A DNA stretch of 64,000 nt from Nitrospirota bacterium. GTDB lineage: Bacteria; Nitrospirota; UBA9217. The translations under genes and the position numbers were made by a program. The notes beneath the pieces were generated by a model. That model was not told the origin of the DNA. It worked only from the letters and a program-made list of their open reading frames with translations, and did not search any database. Location of the stretch: the NCBI GenBank assembly GCA_963737155.1, contig CAVTRN010000002.1, positions 1,472,001 to 1,536,000 on the forward strand. Direction: 5' to 3'. This document shows, piece after piece, positions 31,270 to 42,840 of this stretch (its first letter is position 1; each line of letters opens with the position of its first letter).

Positions 31270-31532
31270 GACATCATTATAACGCAGCAGGAGGGGGGAC
31301 GTAAACTCATAAGAGCAAAGGTGAGATCTGCCGGATAGTGAGGATTGGACGCATCGTTGGCGGAGAGGGGATGCGATTCCAACTAAGAGAAATGGCTTGT
31401 ATGCTTTCCATGTAGCTTCATATAAGATGCGCTCTATGCGCCGTAGGTAACGACCAAGAAAGATTAGGACAGAAAGGAGTATGGTAGCGAAATATAATCC
31501 TAAAAAGAGCAGTTACCCTCAATCAGAGCCAC

Positions 31533-33137
31533 TTATCCACACCATAACGGCAGAAGTTCAGGCGCCTGCAACGGTTTTCCACCCAGCAGTTTGAAAAATG
31601 CACGGCTCAAGATACGTCGCCACCGTTCACCTGGAGTCAACTGCTCCGCAGTTGTTTTCAGGATGGCTAGAAAGCGGGATATCTCATCGAGAATGCGTTG
31701 AACTTTTCCAGAGCTTGCGTGCGCACTCGTGATGGTCATCATGGTCTGCCCTTGATGGCGTGTTTGTTTGCCAACCGCATGCAGAAGAAGTGGACGACTC
31801 GTAATTGCCTCCAAGTGTTTGTCCGGATGAGCAAGCCTCACGAAGAGCGACCACCAGTTGTAAACTAATGCTACGGTCCGCGCCATGAAGCCGCAGCGCT
31901 TAAGGTCCCGGGTCGTATATCCGCCCCACCCCCACTGATTCTTCAACTCGTCAAAAATATTCTCTGCATCCGCACGATCACGGTAGTGTTGGGCGATTGT
32001 GAGAATCTCGTCTTTGAGGGTGGTGGCTAGTACTGCATACTCATATCGCTTGGCAACTCCGGGCGCTTCCACAAACCCAAGTTCCATCTGATCCTTCTGC
32101 TGCAGGCTTATTGCTACGTCTCCCGTGAGCACTCGTCGAAGGATAATAACGCGACGAGATTTCTGCCATCCCATGAGTTGAAGGGATTCTTCCACACCCT
32201 CCCAGCCCTGTCCGGCATCTACCCAATCGTTACTATAGAATGCCTTCTCAATAAGCCTCCGCACGTTCTTCGTGAGGCGTAGCTTCACGAGATAGGGCAA
32301 TTCTTTTTCTTCTGCCTGACTCATGAAGCCGTCCGTGCCCCAGCCTGAATCCCCCCGGAAAAAGGCAGGCCAAAAGCGACGCGGGAGTCGTTCCAGAAGC
32401 TGCCATAACCCCGGGGTGCTGTAACACGTTGCTGTTTTGTTTCCGGCCTGCACCTCAACATCCAAAACAAGCCGGGTATTGGCCATCAGGTAACTGTGAT
32501 AGGTGTGAGACGGCCTGCCGGGCTTATGCGGGTTGTAACCAATGACCGCGCCCTCTTGTTTTCCGTACAACGGTTTGACTGTCGTATCTCCGTCCATAAT
32601 CCATGGCATGCACAGGAGGGATTCATAACATCGCCTCATGTGCTCAGTAAGCCATGAGATGCCGGCATGCTCATCCATCTGCTTAAATCCCCGCCGTACG
32701 GTGTCTTCGCTCACGACCTTCGTCATGCCGAGTAGTGCCGGGTTGACATTATCGCTTCGAACGCTCGTCATGTGGGAATAACGATGGTGACCGGCTAGAA
32801 CGGACAACAGGACTGTACCGAGAAGATCGCGCTTCTCGGGTGCGTTAGGACTCGTGTAGTGCAGTGGACAGTCTGCTACCCATGGTTCGTAGATTCCACC
32901 CGTCTTCAAAAAATCGATGAAGAACGCCAGCTGGCCCATTGGCGTAACGGCTGCTGTTGAATCCCATTCAACATGCACTTTTCCTGCAAAGGTATCGACT
33001 GCAATTCTATCTGTTTTATCTGTAGGTGGAGATGAAATCGAGTCACCCATTGGGTGAGACCTCCTTGTTGAAAGAAGTATCATAGTATCCAATAGTTAAC
33101 TCAGATTTGCAAGGCCCAACTGCCGTTTATAGGATAA
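31533..33137 (-). mobile_element. IS1380-family element; transposase CDS 31533-33092
   Basis: MDGDTTVKPLYGKQEG, GYNPHKPGRPS, FRGDSG, YRDRADAENIFDELKNQWG; imperfect ends TTATCC..AACGGCAG. Confidence 0.85.
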
Positions 33138-33259
33138 TGAATTAAATGATTGCTCATTGCAACCTGAATGATGGGGGCTATTCACGATATAAATAATTGC
33201 GTTTGATATTGTATCCAGCATGCAGTACTAATGGACGCTATCTTTCCCGGGTTCCTTGA

Positions 33260-33741
33260 CGTCCAAACAACATCTTCCAGAACGATCTATGGCTGAAGTC
33301 GGCAATTATGCAGTACAGCCTCTATCCCCAGCCCATCGGCCAGAAAGGACTGAACCGGGTCGATGTGCGCGACATCGCCGACTGTGCAATTAACGCTCTT
33401 ATGAAATCAGGGCAAGAGGGGGGGACGTATGAGGTCCACGGACCCGAAACTCTGACCGGCGAAGGGATCGCCAAGGCCTATACAAAGCATCTGGGACGCG
33501 AGATCCGCTACAGCGGGGACGACCTCGATGCCTGGGCAGAAAAATCAAAAGGTATGATGCCGGAGACCTGCTTGCCGATATGCGTATCATGTATCAGTTC
33601 TTTCAAGATAACGGAATGATCGCGGCGAAGGACGACCTTGAAAAGATAGAGAAGCTCCTTGGACGCAAGTCCCGCAGCTTTGACGACTTCGTTAAGGAGA
33701 TTATCTTGGAGTGGAGGAGCAAGGTGGGAAAAGCCGCGTAA
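33260..33741 (+). pseudogene. NmrA-family NAD(P)-binding protein, 3' fragment with frameshift
   Basis: RPNNIFQND, VDVRDIA, GPETLTG, LLGRKSRSFDDFV; N-terminus missing. Confidence 0.75.
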
Positions 33742-34021
33742 ATGAATCGCTGCCGGAGGCCGTCATGACGGTATCCGGCTTTATTTGTTTGGCATAGTAA
33801 TAATGCCCGTTTGGTTACAAAATATTCCAAATGTACTTTTATTAGATACTGCACCTTCTGCATCAACAAATTCAGCTTTTATCTGATCCATTTCTTATTA
33901 AGCGTTATACGGTACGAGTTTTTAACTTGCAATTCCTGTAGCTTGCTACAGGTTGCCGCATAGACGGAAGAGTTTGGCAAACCGCAGGTTTCTAATAAGA
34001 TAATTGGCTTTCTTTTTATAG

Positions 34022-34053
34022 ATACTCCGCAGCTTGCTGCGGGAAGGTTCATT
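34022..34053 (+). repeat. Solo copy of the IS200-associated hairpin
   Basis: atactccgcagcttgctgcgggaaggttcatt matches hairpins at 26719/27222/27257. Confidence 0.8.
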
Positions 34054-34080
34054 ACTTATTCTTTGAATTTAAAGAATAAT

Positions 34081-34104
34081 TGGCGGGAGAGCATGAGAAT
34101 CGAA
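34081..34104 (-). repeat. att-like duplication of the tRNA-Sec 3' end
   Basis: tggcgggagagcatgagaatcgaa identical to 45263-45286. Confidence 0.9.
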
Positions 34105-34183
34105 ACCGCTTTATGCTTAGCTTAATTGAAGCAAAGGCTTACATCTACGTGCCGTATGATTGCTGTACAGAATTATATGGTTA

Positions 34184-34480
<297 letters not shown>

Positions 34481-34840
34481 TTAATTGTCCACCATCTCAT
34501 CGTGTGCATTGTGCCGCGATATCAGCTTGACTGTAACAAGAAACGTTGTATTATTAGTGCTCGTAATTAAAACCAAGATCCCTTCCTTTGCGGGGTCGTA
34601 TTTGCTTAAAAGCGCAGATAGGCTGGCTTTAGAGTCTATGCCATCAATTATATCAAGAACATCGTTTTTGGTTGTGTAATCATACTCAGTGGGAATTTTA
34701 CCATTTATTACTGAATCCGCATAAACAAGAAGCGCACCCCTTCCTTCTGATAAATAACATTCTCTGTACACCATAGAAATTTCGGGCAAAAATGGGTCAA
34801 GTACTGATAAAGCCTTATCTCTTTCTTCTATTGGTGTCAT
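34481..34840 (-). CDS. Hypothetical protein
   Basis: 119-aa ORF with ATG and plausible composition. Confidence 0.55.
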   Translation of the reverse strand: MTPIEERDKALSVLDPFLPEISMVYRECYLSEGRGALLVYADSVINGKIPTEYDYTTKNDVLDIIDGIDSKASLSALLSKYDPAKEGILVLITSTNNTTFLVTVKLISRHNAHDEMVDN

Positions 34841-35857
34841 TAAAATTTATCTCTGTTTCTTCTATTGAGAAGTCGGTGGCCCCATTGTTTAGATTATGAT
34901 TTCATTAACATCTTCTTCGTTTAGACCGAGTTTATCATTCATCAGGACAGTTTCTGCCTTTGCCTTGATAAAGCCGCAATAAGATCCATAGTCCATCTTA
35001 TAAAATCAGGGTTCATCCTCAACGGCAACGCATACGATAACAGCTCCTTCTTTGTTGCGTTCGGAATTATGAACAAAATATGCTATCCGTCTACCTTTAA
35101 AAGCAGCCTCTACAAAATCTGTCACTTGATTGCTCAAATCAAGTTATTCCTTTGCTATAGTGACAGACTTTCTCTTTGAGGGGGATATAGTCTTATTCTT
35201 TGCTATAGAGGCAACCATTATCTTTGATGGGGATACAGCCTTGGCTATCATTTATAACCTCCGAGTTTATTTGTATGCAACTATTTTAGAGTTATTTTGT
35301 AAGAAGTGCAAGTAGGCCGTGAAATACGGTGAATCTGAGATACTATTTCTACCTCAAGCCTATCCCTGACCACACCTTACGGTTTACCAGAAACCAGAAT
35401 CCTGCATAATCACCATAGTATGATACTATCCCCTTAAGAACAACCAGCCGACAATATGGGGCATCTCGTAGGAAAAAAAGAGAATCACATGCCTGACATA
35501 GACAAGATTAAATAATAGACATTCGAGATCGTATTAACCTTGTGACATTAATCACAAAACATATAATACTATTGTGATATTCTCTTTTTTGCAATAAGGT
35601 CCCTCATCCGAAATAAGACTTCTGATAAAGGTAAATCAGGGGAAACCCTGCGATCGCAAGTTGTTGAAATTATCATTTCTCTAAATTCATAAAGTTGTAA
35701 TTTGTACTCGACACTATTTCCCCAATACCATTATAATAAACTGGAGATTTACATGGTATTAATCGGTGTTTCTAACATGCTTAGTGACATCTATGAGTGC
35801 GTAAACTTGCAGCGTAATTGATATAGGCTGTTTTTGCACTGAAAGGGAGGTTTGGGC

Positions 35858-36037
35858 ATGAATATTCAGGAAGTCAGAAGCATAGCAAGAAAAATGGGGA
35901 TTGACACAAGGAAGGTGACTATGGCAGACCTTATCAGGGCTATTCAAAAAGCAGAAGGGTACAACCCTTGTTTTGCCACCTCCTCTGTTCAGACATGTGG
36001 CCAAATGAATTGCATGTTGCGTTCATATTGCAAGTAG
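35858..36037 (+). CDS. Small Rho-N/SAP-like protein with four Cys
   Basis: MNIQEVRSIARKMGI...DLIRAIQKAEGYNPCF..C....C.....C; RBS GGGAGG. Confidence 0.8.
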   Translation: MNIQEVRSIARKMGIDTRKVTMADLIRAIQKAEGYNPCFATSSVQTCGQMNCMLRSYCK

Positions 36038-36350
36038 GATATTAAAATCAGATTTAATATAAGTTGATCTCATTCCTTCCGTGAGAGAGCATCACCTGTT
36101 CTCTCCGATTGCCCTATTTCAAATCTTATCGACCGAAAAAAATGCTTATTTATATTTCCTCCCCAACAGGAAACAACTCGTTTTTTTATCGAAAGTTTTT
36201 TTATTGGACAACACCAGCTACTTACTTCGATTATGGTATAATTATTTTTGGCGGCAAATTCCTACACGCATTGAATGAACCTATAGGGTTGCAATGAAGA
36301 TTATAGACATTAAAGAAGCTGCAAAAAAGAAGGAAGCGCGTGGCAATATA

Positions 36351-36540
36351 TTGAAAAAACTTCAGGAAGTCAGAGCCATCGCAATAAAAAATGGGAATTG
36401 ACACAAGGAACGTGACCAAAGCAGGGCTTATTAGAGCAATCCAAAGAGCCGAGGGTAACAACGATTGTTATATGTCTGCTCAAGTGCTGACCTGCGAGCG
36501 GACGAATTGTCTTTGGCGTGAGGACTGTGCATTATGCTGA
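36351..36540 (+). pseudogene. Frameshifted paralogue of the 35858 gene
   Basis: KLQEVRAIA (+1 in A-run) MGIDTRNVTKAGLIRAIQRAEGNNDCY...CERTNCLWREDC. Confidence 0.75.
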
Positions 36541-36779
36541 GGCTGTTTTAATAGACTTTTTCGATGAAAGTCTGGGTAGGTAATAAATGACTTAGGGTTT
36601 TTCATTGTTCAAGTCTTTCCGCCATCCTCACCTCTTTTCCATTCCGTACCAGTCTTTTATCGGTAATCTGGCCATGACCGGCGACCCCAAATGCTGCCCG
36701 CTGCTTGGGATGATAAAATGTCGAACCTTTCCATACTGGACAGCCCACCTTGAAATCGTGAATCATAGGAGTTACTCTT

Positions 36780-37328
36780 ATGTCAAAACCGATAACCGTT
36801 ACCTTCGAAGGCAATGAATACCTGTGGGATGGTAAAAAGTGGTTTGACAGAAACACGTTCCTTGAACCACCAAAAGCCATTGTATCAAAACTCCACGCTT
36901 TATCTGCAAACCAGTTATCTGCTCAGGATGAAACAATTACCGACATCGATGAACTATTGCGACGAGCCAACCACGCGCAAAAGCATGGACAAATCAAGAG
37001 AGCCTTGAAATTAGCTCGCCTAATTCATGCCCAGAAACCAAAGCATATAGAAGCAGTTGCTATGCTTTGTGGTATCCTCAGAACTGTAAATCAACCTGAA
37101 AAAGCTTTGTTGTTGGCAGATAGATTCCGTTACTCAAATTATTCCCCCATTCTTACATCACGTGCTTCTGCACTCTGTGATTTAAACCGTTGGGAAGAAG
37201 GGCTTAAACAGATTCAACAGGTTATTGCTATTGAAATGAAATCAAAAAAGAGTAGCGGAAGTCCACAAGCTTTATCGGTCTATAGCAGAATCAAGGATAA
37301 TGCACCGGATTTGTTTGATCAAAACTGA
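36780..37328 (+). CDS. Hypothetical protein with TPR-like helices
   Basis: 182-aa ORF, RBS AGGAG, RASALCDLNRWEEGL TPR-like pattern. Confidence 0.7.
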   Translation: MSKPITVTFEGNEYLWDGKKWFDRNTFLEPPKAIVSKLHALSANQLSAQDETITDIDELLRRANHAQKHGQIKRALKLARLIHAQKPKHIEAVAMLCGILRTVNQPEKALLLADRFRYSNYSPILTSRASALCDLNRWEEGLKQIQQVIAIEMKSKKSSGSPQALSVYSRIKDNAPDLFDQN

Positions 37329-37841
37329 TTGATGGAGGGGTTAACGGTGAAAGGAGAATAGCGGGACATGTATGTAAAGCTTTGCGATAATAGTCACTTC
37401 AAAAGTTACGGTACCACAATAATTAAGAAGCCACCAATCTCATAAAGAAATTTGGGTCTTCTGGGTTTTGTGTGGGTGCTTTTTAACCCCATTTGGCCCA
37501 GAACCACATTTCGCAACGAAATTTAGAGCTGTCATTATTGGCAAATATGGATGTTTCCTAGGTCAAACGATTATACATTTTCATTAATTGCCAGCATTTG
37601 ATTTGGGTCAAGTTTTATGGCGGTACAAATGCCATAAAACGCCTGTCAATTAAGGATAGAATCGCTTTCTGGCTGCAATTTATACCCACAGGAAAGCCGG
37701 AAGAGCCAGAAACTTATTATAACATGCCGACCACGGGATAATACGTAATATGCCAAGCGTAAAAAGTGCACGCCAAACCATCCTATTGAGTGGCTGAAAA
37801 CAAGGATTGAAAACAACCAATAGGGGATACAAGGACAGCGG

Positions 37842-38336
37842 TTATTTCAATGAATGCAGCCCAAACATATTTCCTTCAGTATCATAAACGAGGGAGATAA
37901 ATCCGTACTCACCGATGGAAAATTTCTTTTTCTCAATACTCCCTCCATTTTTCAGCACTCGATTTTCCTCAATTGAGCAATCTGCACAACTGAAGTAAAC
38001 AATGGTGCCATTACCACCAGAGGAAACGCCATCCATTTTAATCAAGGCTCCGCTAGCACCCCAGCCATCTATCTCCATTGGAAAGCCCCATATTTCAATT
38101 TTTGGGTTATTTAATCTACTCAACTTGACTTGAAAGACGGATTCGTAAAATTTCTTCGCACGTCTGAGGTTTTGCACATAGATTTCAAACCAGCCAACGG
38201 GATTGTATTTCACCGGAGTTTCCTTATTGGTTACTTCTCCGATGAACTCCAATAATTCGGCGGCTGCCTTCTTGGTTATTGATGCCTTTTCCGCAACCTG
38301 AGCTACCAATTGAGTTTTCGTCATTGCTTTTGCCAT
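37842..38336 (-). CDS. Chimera of HU N-terminal helices and a VOC/glyoxalase domain
   Basis: First 40 aa closely match HU at 47959-48246; rest NPVGWFEIYV...AKKFYESVF...DTEGNMFGLH is VOC. Confidence 0.8.
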   Translation of the reverse strand: MAKAMTKTQLVAQVAEKASITKKAAAELLEFIGEVTNKETPVKYNPVGWFEIYVQNLRRAKKFYESVFQVKLSRLNNPKIEIWGFPMEIDGWGASGALIKMDGVSSGGNGTIVYFSCADCSIEENRVLKNGGSIEKKKFSIGEYGFISLVYDTEGNMFGLHSLK

Positions 38337-39014
38337 TTATCCCTCCATTTTAATTGAACGCATTGTTCTATTGTCAAGAATAGTCAAACCAACTGCAAGT
38401 TGATGTGAGGCCTGTACCAATGCAGATGCTACCTGAGAAGCCTGTACACCCGCCAAAAATGATGGAAAGAGCCAGGTTATCTTCTTGGCGATATGTTCCC
38501 CAAGCCGGTATTCCTGTCTGTCGCCCAGTAGCATGGATGGACGAGCTACCGTAACAGAAGGATACCCAAGTGTCAGGATAGCGTCTTCCAACTCACCTTT
38601 TATGCGATTATAAAAGAACCGAGAGCGGGGATTTGCACCAATGGCACTTACCAGTAGGAATTGACGGGCACCCTGTGAGCGAGCAAGTTTGGCAACTGTA
38701 AGGGGATAATCGAAATCCACTTGTCTGAATGCCGTCTGTGTCTTTGCGTTAGCTATTGTGGTACCAAGAGCACAGAAGACCATATCAACCTCAAACCATT
38801 CAGAGTGTTCCTGTAGCTTTTCAAAATCAGTTATGAGCTCTTTAACAACAGGGGATTTGTCCTCAGACGGCAATGAGCGTCTTGTCAGAGCGCGAACCTC
38901 ACCTATTGTGCTATCCTGAACAAGTAGGTGAAGGATATTCTGCCCTACAAGGCCTGTAGCTCCTACCAACATGGCACGTTGCTTTGTATTTGTCTGATTG
39001 TCAGTCATTGTCAT
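38337..39014 (-). CDS. NAD(P)-binding protein, YraR/HTATIP2-like
   Basis: GATGLVG, FCALGTT, VDFDY, FYNRIKGELE, RPSMLLG. Confidence 0.88.
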   Translation of the reverse strand: MTMTDNQTNTKQRAMLVGATGLVGQNILHLLVQDSTIGEVRALTRRSLPSEDKSPVVKELITDFEKLQEHSEWFEVDMVFCALGTTIANAKTQTAFRQVDFDYPLTVAKLARSQGARQFLLVSAIGANPRSRFFYNRIKGELEDAILTLGYPSVTVARPSMLLGDRQEYRLGEHIAKKITWLFPSFLAGVQASQVASALVQASHQLAVGLTILDNRTMRSIKMEG

Positions 39015-39154
39015 ATAGGCTTGATGTTATCAGGCTGGTAATATTTGAATGAGTTCATCTTGGGCGTGACTCGGTATGCTTCAAGTTCCTCCGAAGGGAA
39101 AGGCTTGAGACCGATTATTTCAATGGCACTGTGTATGTCAAGGCATCCGCACAT
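39011..39154 (-). pseudogene. SRAP gene with large in-frame internal deletion
   Basis: MCGCLDIHSAIEII joined directly to LKPFPSEELEAYRVTPKMNS, the two ends of the 49375-50048 copy. Confidence 0.85.
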
Positions 39155-39530
39155 AGGAGAACCTCTGCTAATATTATAGTTGAATTGTTGATGCGTGGAG
39201 TTGATATTCTGCATATCAATCCAGACCTATACTTTACTTCCAAACATATGAATTTCAAGTTGTATTCTGCATTGATAATTCGTCAACCCCGCTACAAGTT
39301 ATAGTATGTAGGTGTTGTTCGCAGAGAGCCGAGTTTAGTAGAGATGAAGTTTATCGGTCGAAACTCATAATGTGTCAACGTGAATACTGAAGTGCCTACA
39401 CATAAGATACCCATAAGGGCATCTCATACTTTTGACTGGTGTGCTGTGCGCTATAGACACGAGTCCTCAAAATAAGTATTATGGAAACATAAAGGGATAT
39501 GAATGTCAGGAATAGGCCACGAAGGCATGC

Positions 39531-42182
39531 ATGAGCACTGATCATATAAAGGATAAATTCATGGACACTGTAGATTATTTCCAGGCGATCTTCGAAGGCA
39601 GCCCGCAACCGATGTGGGTCTATGACCTGGAGACCATGAAGTTCCTTGCGGTGAACAAAGCAGCCGTGGAGCATTACGGGTATACACACGAAGAATTTCT
39701 TTCCATGAACATCAAGGCGATTAGACCTCCCGAGGAAGTGCCCCGCCTTGTCAATATGATCTCGCAACTCGGCCTCGGGGTGCAGCACTTAGGCTCTTGG
39801 AAGCACTGCAGAAAGGACGGTTCTCTCATGTATGTGGAGATATCGTCCCATGGTATCCTCTATGGAGGACGGAAGGCGCGATTTGTTATCGTCCTGGATG
39901 TCACCGAGCACAAGCGGACCGAAGATGCCCTAAAAGTAAGCGAATTTTTCTTCAAGGAATCGCAGCGTGCGGCAGCTATAGGTTCATATAAAACTGATTT
40001 CATCGCCGGTGTTTGGGAATCCTCTGAAGTCCTGGATAAGATTTTCGGTATTGGCAAGAATTACAACCGTAATATTCAAGGTTGGCTGAATATTGTGCAC
40101 CCCGATGACAGTGACATGATGGACCAATATTTAAGAGAAGAGGTCATAGCTAAAAGAAAACCCTTTTCAAAAGAATATAGGATAATTCAAAAAAATAATG
40201 GAGAAACAAAATGGGTATATGGTTTGGGTGAAGTCAAATTCGATACCAATGGTAAAATCTTATCCATGATTGGAACTATCCAGGACATCACCGAGCGTAA
40301 AAAGGCGGAGGAGGCACTACGCGACAGCGAGAAAAAGTTTCGGGACCTCTTTAACAACACCGAAATCGCCATGTTCAGGACAAAGCTTGACGGATCTGAG
40401 GTCCTGGATGTGAACCAGAAGTTTCTTGATCTCGTCGGGATGACGCGGGAGGAGACGTTGGGAAAACCCTCAGTGGTACTTTGGGAAAACCCGAAAGAGC
40501 GCGAAAAGATGTCCAGAATGCTTATAGCCGACGGCAGCGTGTCGAATTTTGAATTCAAAATGCTGAACAAAAGGAAAGGCGTAAGAAACTGTATTACATC
40601 GCTGAGGGTCTACCGGGAACAGGGTATCCTCGATGGGTCCGTTGCTGACATCACTGAGCAGAGACAGGCGGAAGAGGCCCTAAGAAAGTCCTTGGCGAAG
40701 TATCGTGACCTTTTTGAGAATGCCAACGATGCGATCTTCATCGTCAGCTCTGACTTCCGCTATCTCGATGTGAACAAGAAGGCAGTGGAGGTCCTGGGAT
40801 ATACCAAGGAAGAACTGCTGGCCATGAAGATAACCGACCTTATTCCCTCTGATCAGGTCCCGCGGTCATTGGCCGAGTTCAAAAAACTGAATGAGCGCGG
40901 TTCCTACGAGAATTTTGTCGGCAAGGTCAGGACTAAGGAAGGCCAATGGCTCGATGTGGAGGTCAGCTCATCAGCTATCATTGAAGATGGAAAGATCATC
41001 GGTTCGCGTGACATCCTAAGGGACATTACGGACCGTAAGAAGATGGAGGCGGAGCTTCTTAGAGTTCAGAAGCTGGAGTCCCTCGGCACCCTTGCAGGCG
41101 GCATCGCTCACGACTTCAACAATCTTCTCCAGGGTGTCTTTGGCTATATATCCATGGCGAAACTGACCTACGATAAGAGAGATAAATCGCTCACCATGCT
41201 CACGCAGGCAGAGAAGGCCTTGCACCAGTCCGTGAATCTAACCACACAGCTTTTGACTTTCTCGAAGGGTGGCAAGCCGGTAATTAAACCCACCCACGTT
41301 CGACCATTAATAGAGAATGCCGCCAAGTTCGCCCTGAGCGGGTCACGTTCCGAGTGCCGAATTGCCGCTAACGACGCTCTCTGGCAGGTGGCGGGGAACG
41401 ACGGCCAGATTGCCCAGGTGATCCAAAATATTGTTCTAAACGCCGATCAGGCCATGCCGGAGGGCGGACTGGTCGCGATCAGGGCGAAGAATGTGCAAGT
41501 TATCAACCAGTCTCCCGATCTCGCCCTCCCGAAAGGCAGATACGTGGTGATCGTTATCAAGGACAACGGCATCGGCATTCCGGAAGAGCACTGTACGAAG
41601 ATTTTCGACCCCTATTTTACGACAAAGCAAAAGGGCAGCGGTTTGGGGCTTGCGACTTCCTATTCGATTATCAGGAACCATGGCGGCTTGATCAAGGTAA
41701 ACTCTAAGGTAGGCAAAGGCAGCACTTTTTATATATACCTGCCCGCGTCAGGAACACAGGAGAAACTTGAATCCTTGCAAGCGGAGGTCGTCGCAGCACC
41801 GCGGCGTGCCACCAGAATATTGGTCATGGATGATGAAGAAGTCATTAGGAGTCTGAGCATCGATTTACTCGACGCGCTAGGACATACTGTGGAGGTTGCA
41901 GAACACGGCCAGGAGGCCGTGGAAAAGTATCAGAATGCTATGACCGCAGGCAGGCCCTTTGACATCGTCATCCTCGATTTAACTGTTCGGGGTGGTATGG
42001 GGGGATTAGAAACTATACAAAAGCTTCTCCAGATTAATCCTGCTGTGAAAGCAGTCGTGTCGAGCGGGTATTCCGATGATAGCGTCATGTCGAATTATCG
42101 CAAGCAGGGTTTCCAGTCCTGCCTCAATAAACCCTATGATGTAAAAAGTCTACAGAAGACATTGGATTCATTGATTGCATGA
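39531..42182 (+). CDS. Cytoplasmic multi-PAS hybrid histidine kinase/receiver
   Basis: Four PAS/PAC repeats (DVTE, DITE, DITD), AHDFNNLL, GSGLGL, C-terminal receiver. Confidence 0.95.
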   Translation: MSTDHIKDKFMDTVDYFQAIFEGSPQPMWVYDLETMKFLAVNKAAVEHYGYTHEEFLSMNIKAIRPPEEVPRLVNMISQLGLGVQHLGSWKHCRKDGSLMYVEISSHGILYGGRKARFVIVLDVTEHKRTEDALKVSEFFFKESQRAAAIGSYKTDFIAGVWESSEVLDKIFGIGKNYNRNIQGWLNIVHPDDSDMMDQYLREEVIAKRKPFSKEYRIIQKNNGETKWVYGLGEVKFDTNGKILSMIGTIQDITERKKAEEALRDSEKKFRDLFNNTEIAMFRTKLDGSEVLDVNQKFLDLVGMTREETLGKPSVVLWENPKEREKMSRMLIADGSVSNFEFKMLNKRKGVRNCITSLRVYREQGILDGSVADITEQRQAEEALRKSLAKYRDLFENANDAIFIVSSDFRYLDVNKKAVEVLGYTKEELLAMKITDLIPSDQVPRSLAEFKKLNERGSYENFVGKVRTKEGQWLDVEVSSSAIIEDGKIIGSRDILRDITDRKKMEAELLRVQKLESLGTLAGGIAHDFNNLLQGVFGYISMAKLTYDKRDKSLTMLTQAEKALHQSVNLTTQLLTFSKGGKPVIKPTHVRPLIENAAKFALSGSRSECRIAANDALWQVAGNDGQIAQVIQNIVLNADQAMPEGGLVAIRAKNVQVINQSPDLALPKGRYVVIVIKDNGIGIPEEHCTKIFDPYFTTKQKGSGLGLATSYSIIRNHGGLIKVNSKVGKGSTFYIYLPASGTQEKLESLQAEVVAAPRRATRILVMDDEEVIRSLSIDLLDALGHTVEVAEHGQEAVEKYQNAMTAGRPFDIVILDLTVRGGMGGLETIQKLLQINPAVKAVVSSGYSDDSVMSNYRKQGFQSCLNKPYDVKSLQKTLDSLIA

Positions 42183-42573
42183 TACAATCAAAAATACTTT
42201 ACCCTTGTCACAAAATTGACCATGCAGACTCGTAGGTGAAGGCAAGTTTCATATAATATTAGCTTAGGTGCAGAAATCATTTTGTATCATTGAGTTTTGT
42301 GATAAAGTAATCTGTCGGCAAGTACATCTTCCTGAAGTCTTAGAGTTGTCTATCCTCGCAACAACATAAATAATCATCTTGAATTCTTCGACGTGCTGTT
42401 CGGCAAATACCCTATCAGCAGCATTGACACTAGCGTGGTTCAGACATATATTCGCGACATAATGCAACATTAATATGCCGGTTATTTTGCTAATCAAACC
42501 AACAACAGCTCTTCCAAAATGACAGTTACTGTTTCCGTCCTATCAGACGCTGGTTGTGTCAGATTAATCGAAT

Positions 42574-42840
42574 ATGAAAGAGAAGTTAGCTTCCTCAATG
42601 ACTTTCTATTATAAAGTGCTATTTCCCTTTCTCTGGTTTACAGGATTCGGAGCAGGCACAATTGCGATGTGGCTTGGCAGACTCAACCAAGCATCGCAGT
42701 CCTCGGACGATCCGAGATTGATAATTTTAGTTGCTTGGATAGCAGTCTCCTTATTCCTGCTGACGTATACTATTTGTCTAAAAGTAGTGTCCCTGGATAA
42801 AGACGTTTTGGTTATCAAAGATTTTCGTGAAAGTAATTAG
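42574..42840 (+). CDS. Small membrane protein, possibly truncated
   Basis: Two hydrophobic segments in an 88-aa ORF. Confidence 0.5.
   Translation: MKEKLASSMTFYYKVLFPFLWFTGFGAGTIAMWLGRLNQASQSSDDPRLIILVAWIAVSLFLLTYTICLKVVSLDKDVLVIKDFRESN

Noticed and set aside
34850-35130. Minus-strand frame with in-frame TGA (VEDEP*FYK) near tRNA-Sec, possible selenoprotein
   Set aside because: No Cys/redox motif context or SECIS-like hairpin seen, and a TAA follows shortly; better explained as a decayed gene
42495-42562. Second possible attC before the 42574 ORF
   Set aside because: Only weak end complementarity; no convincing L boxes or hairpin
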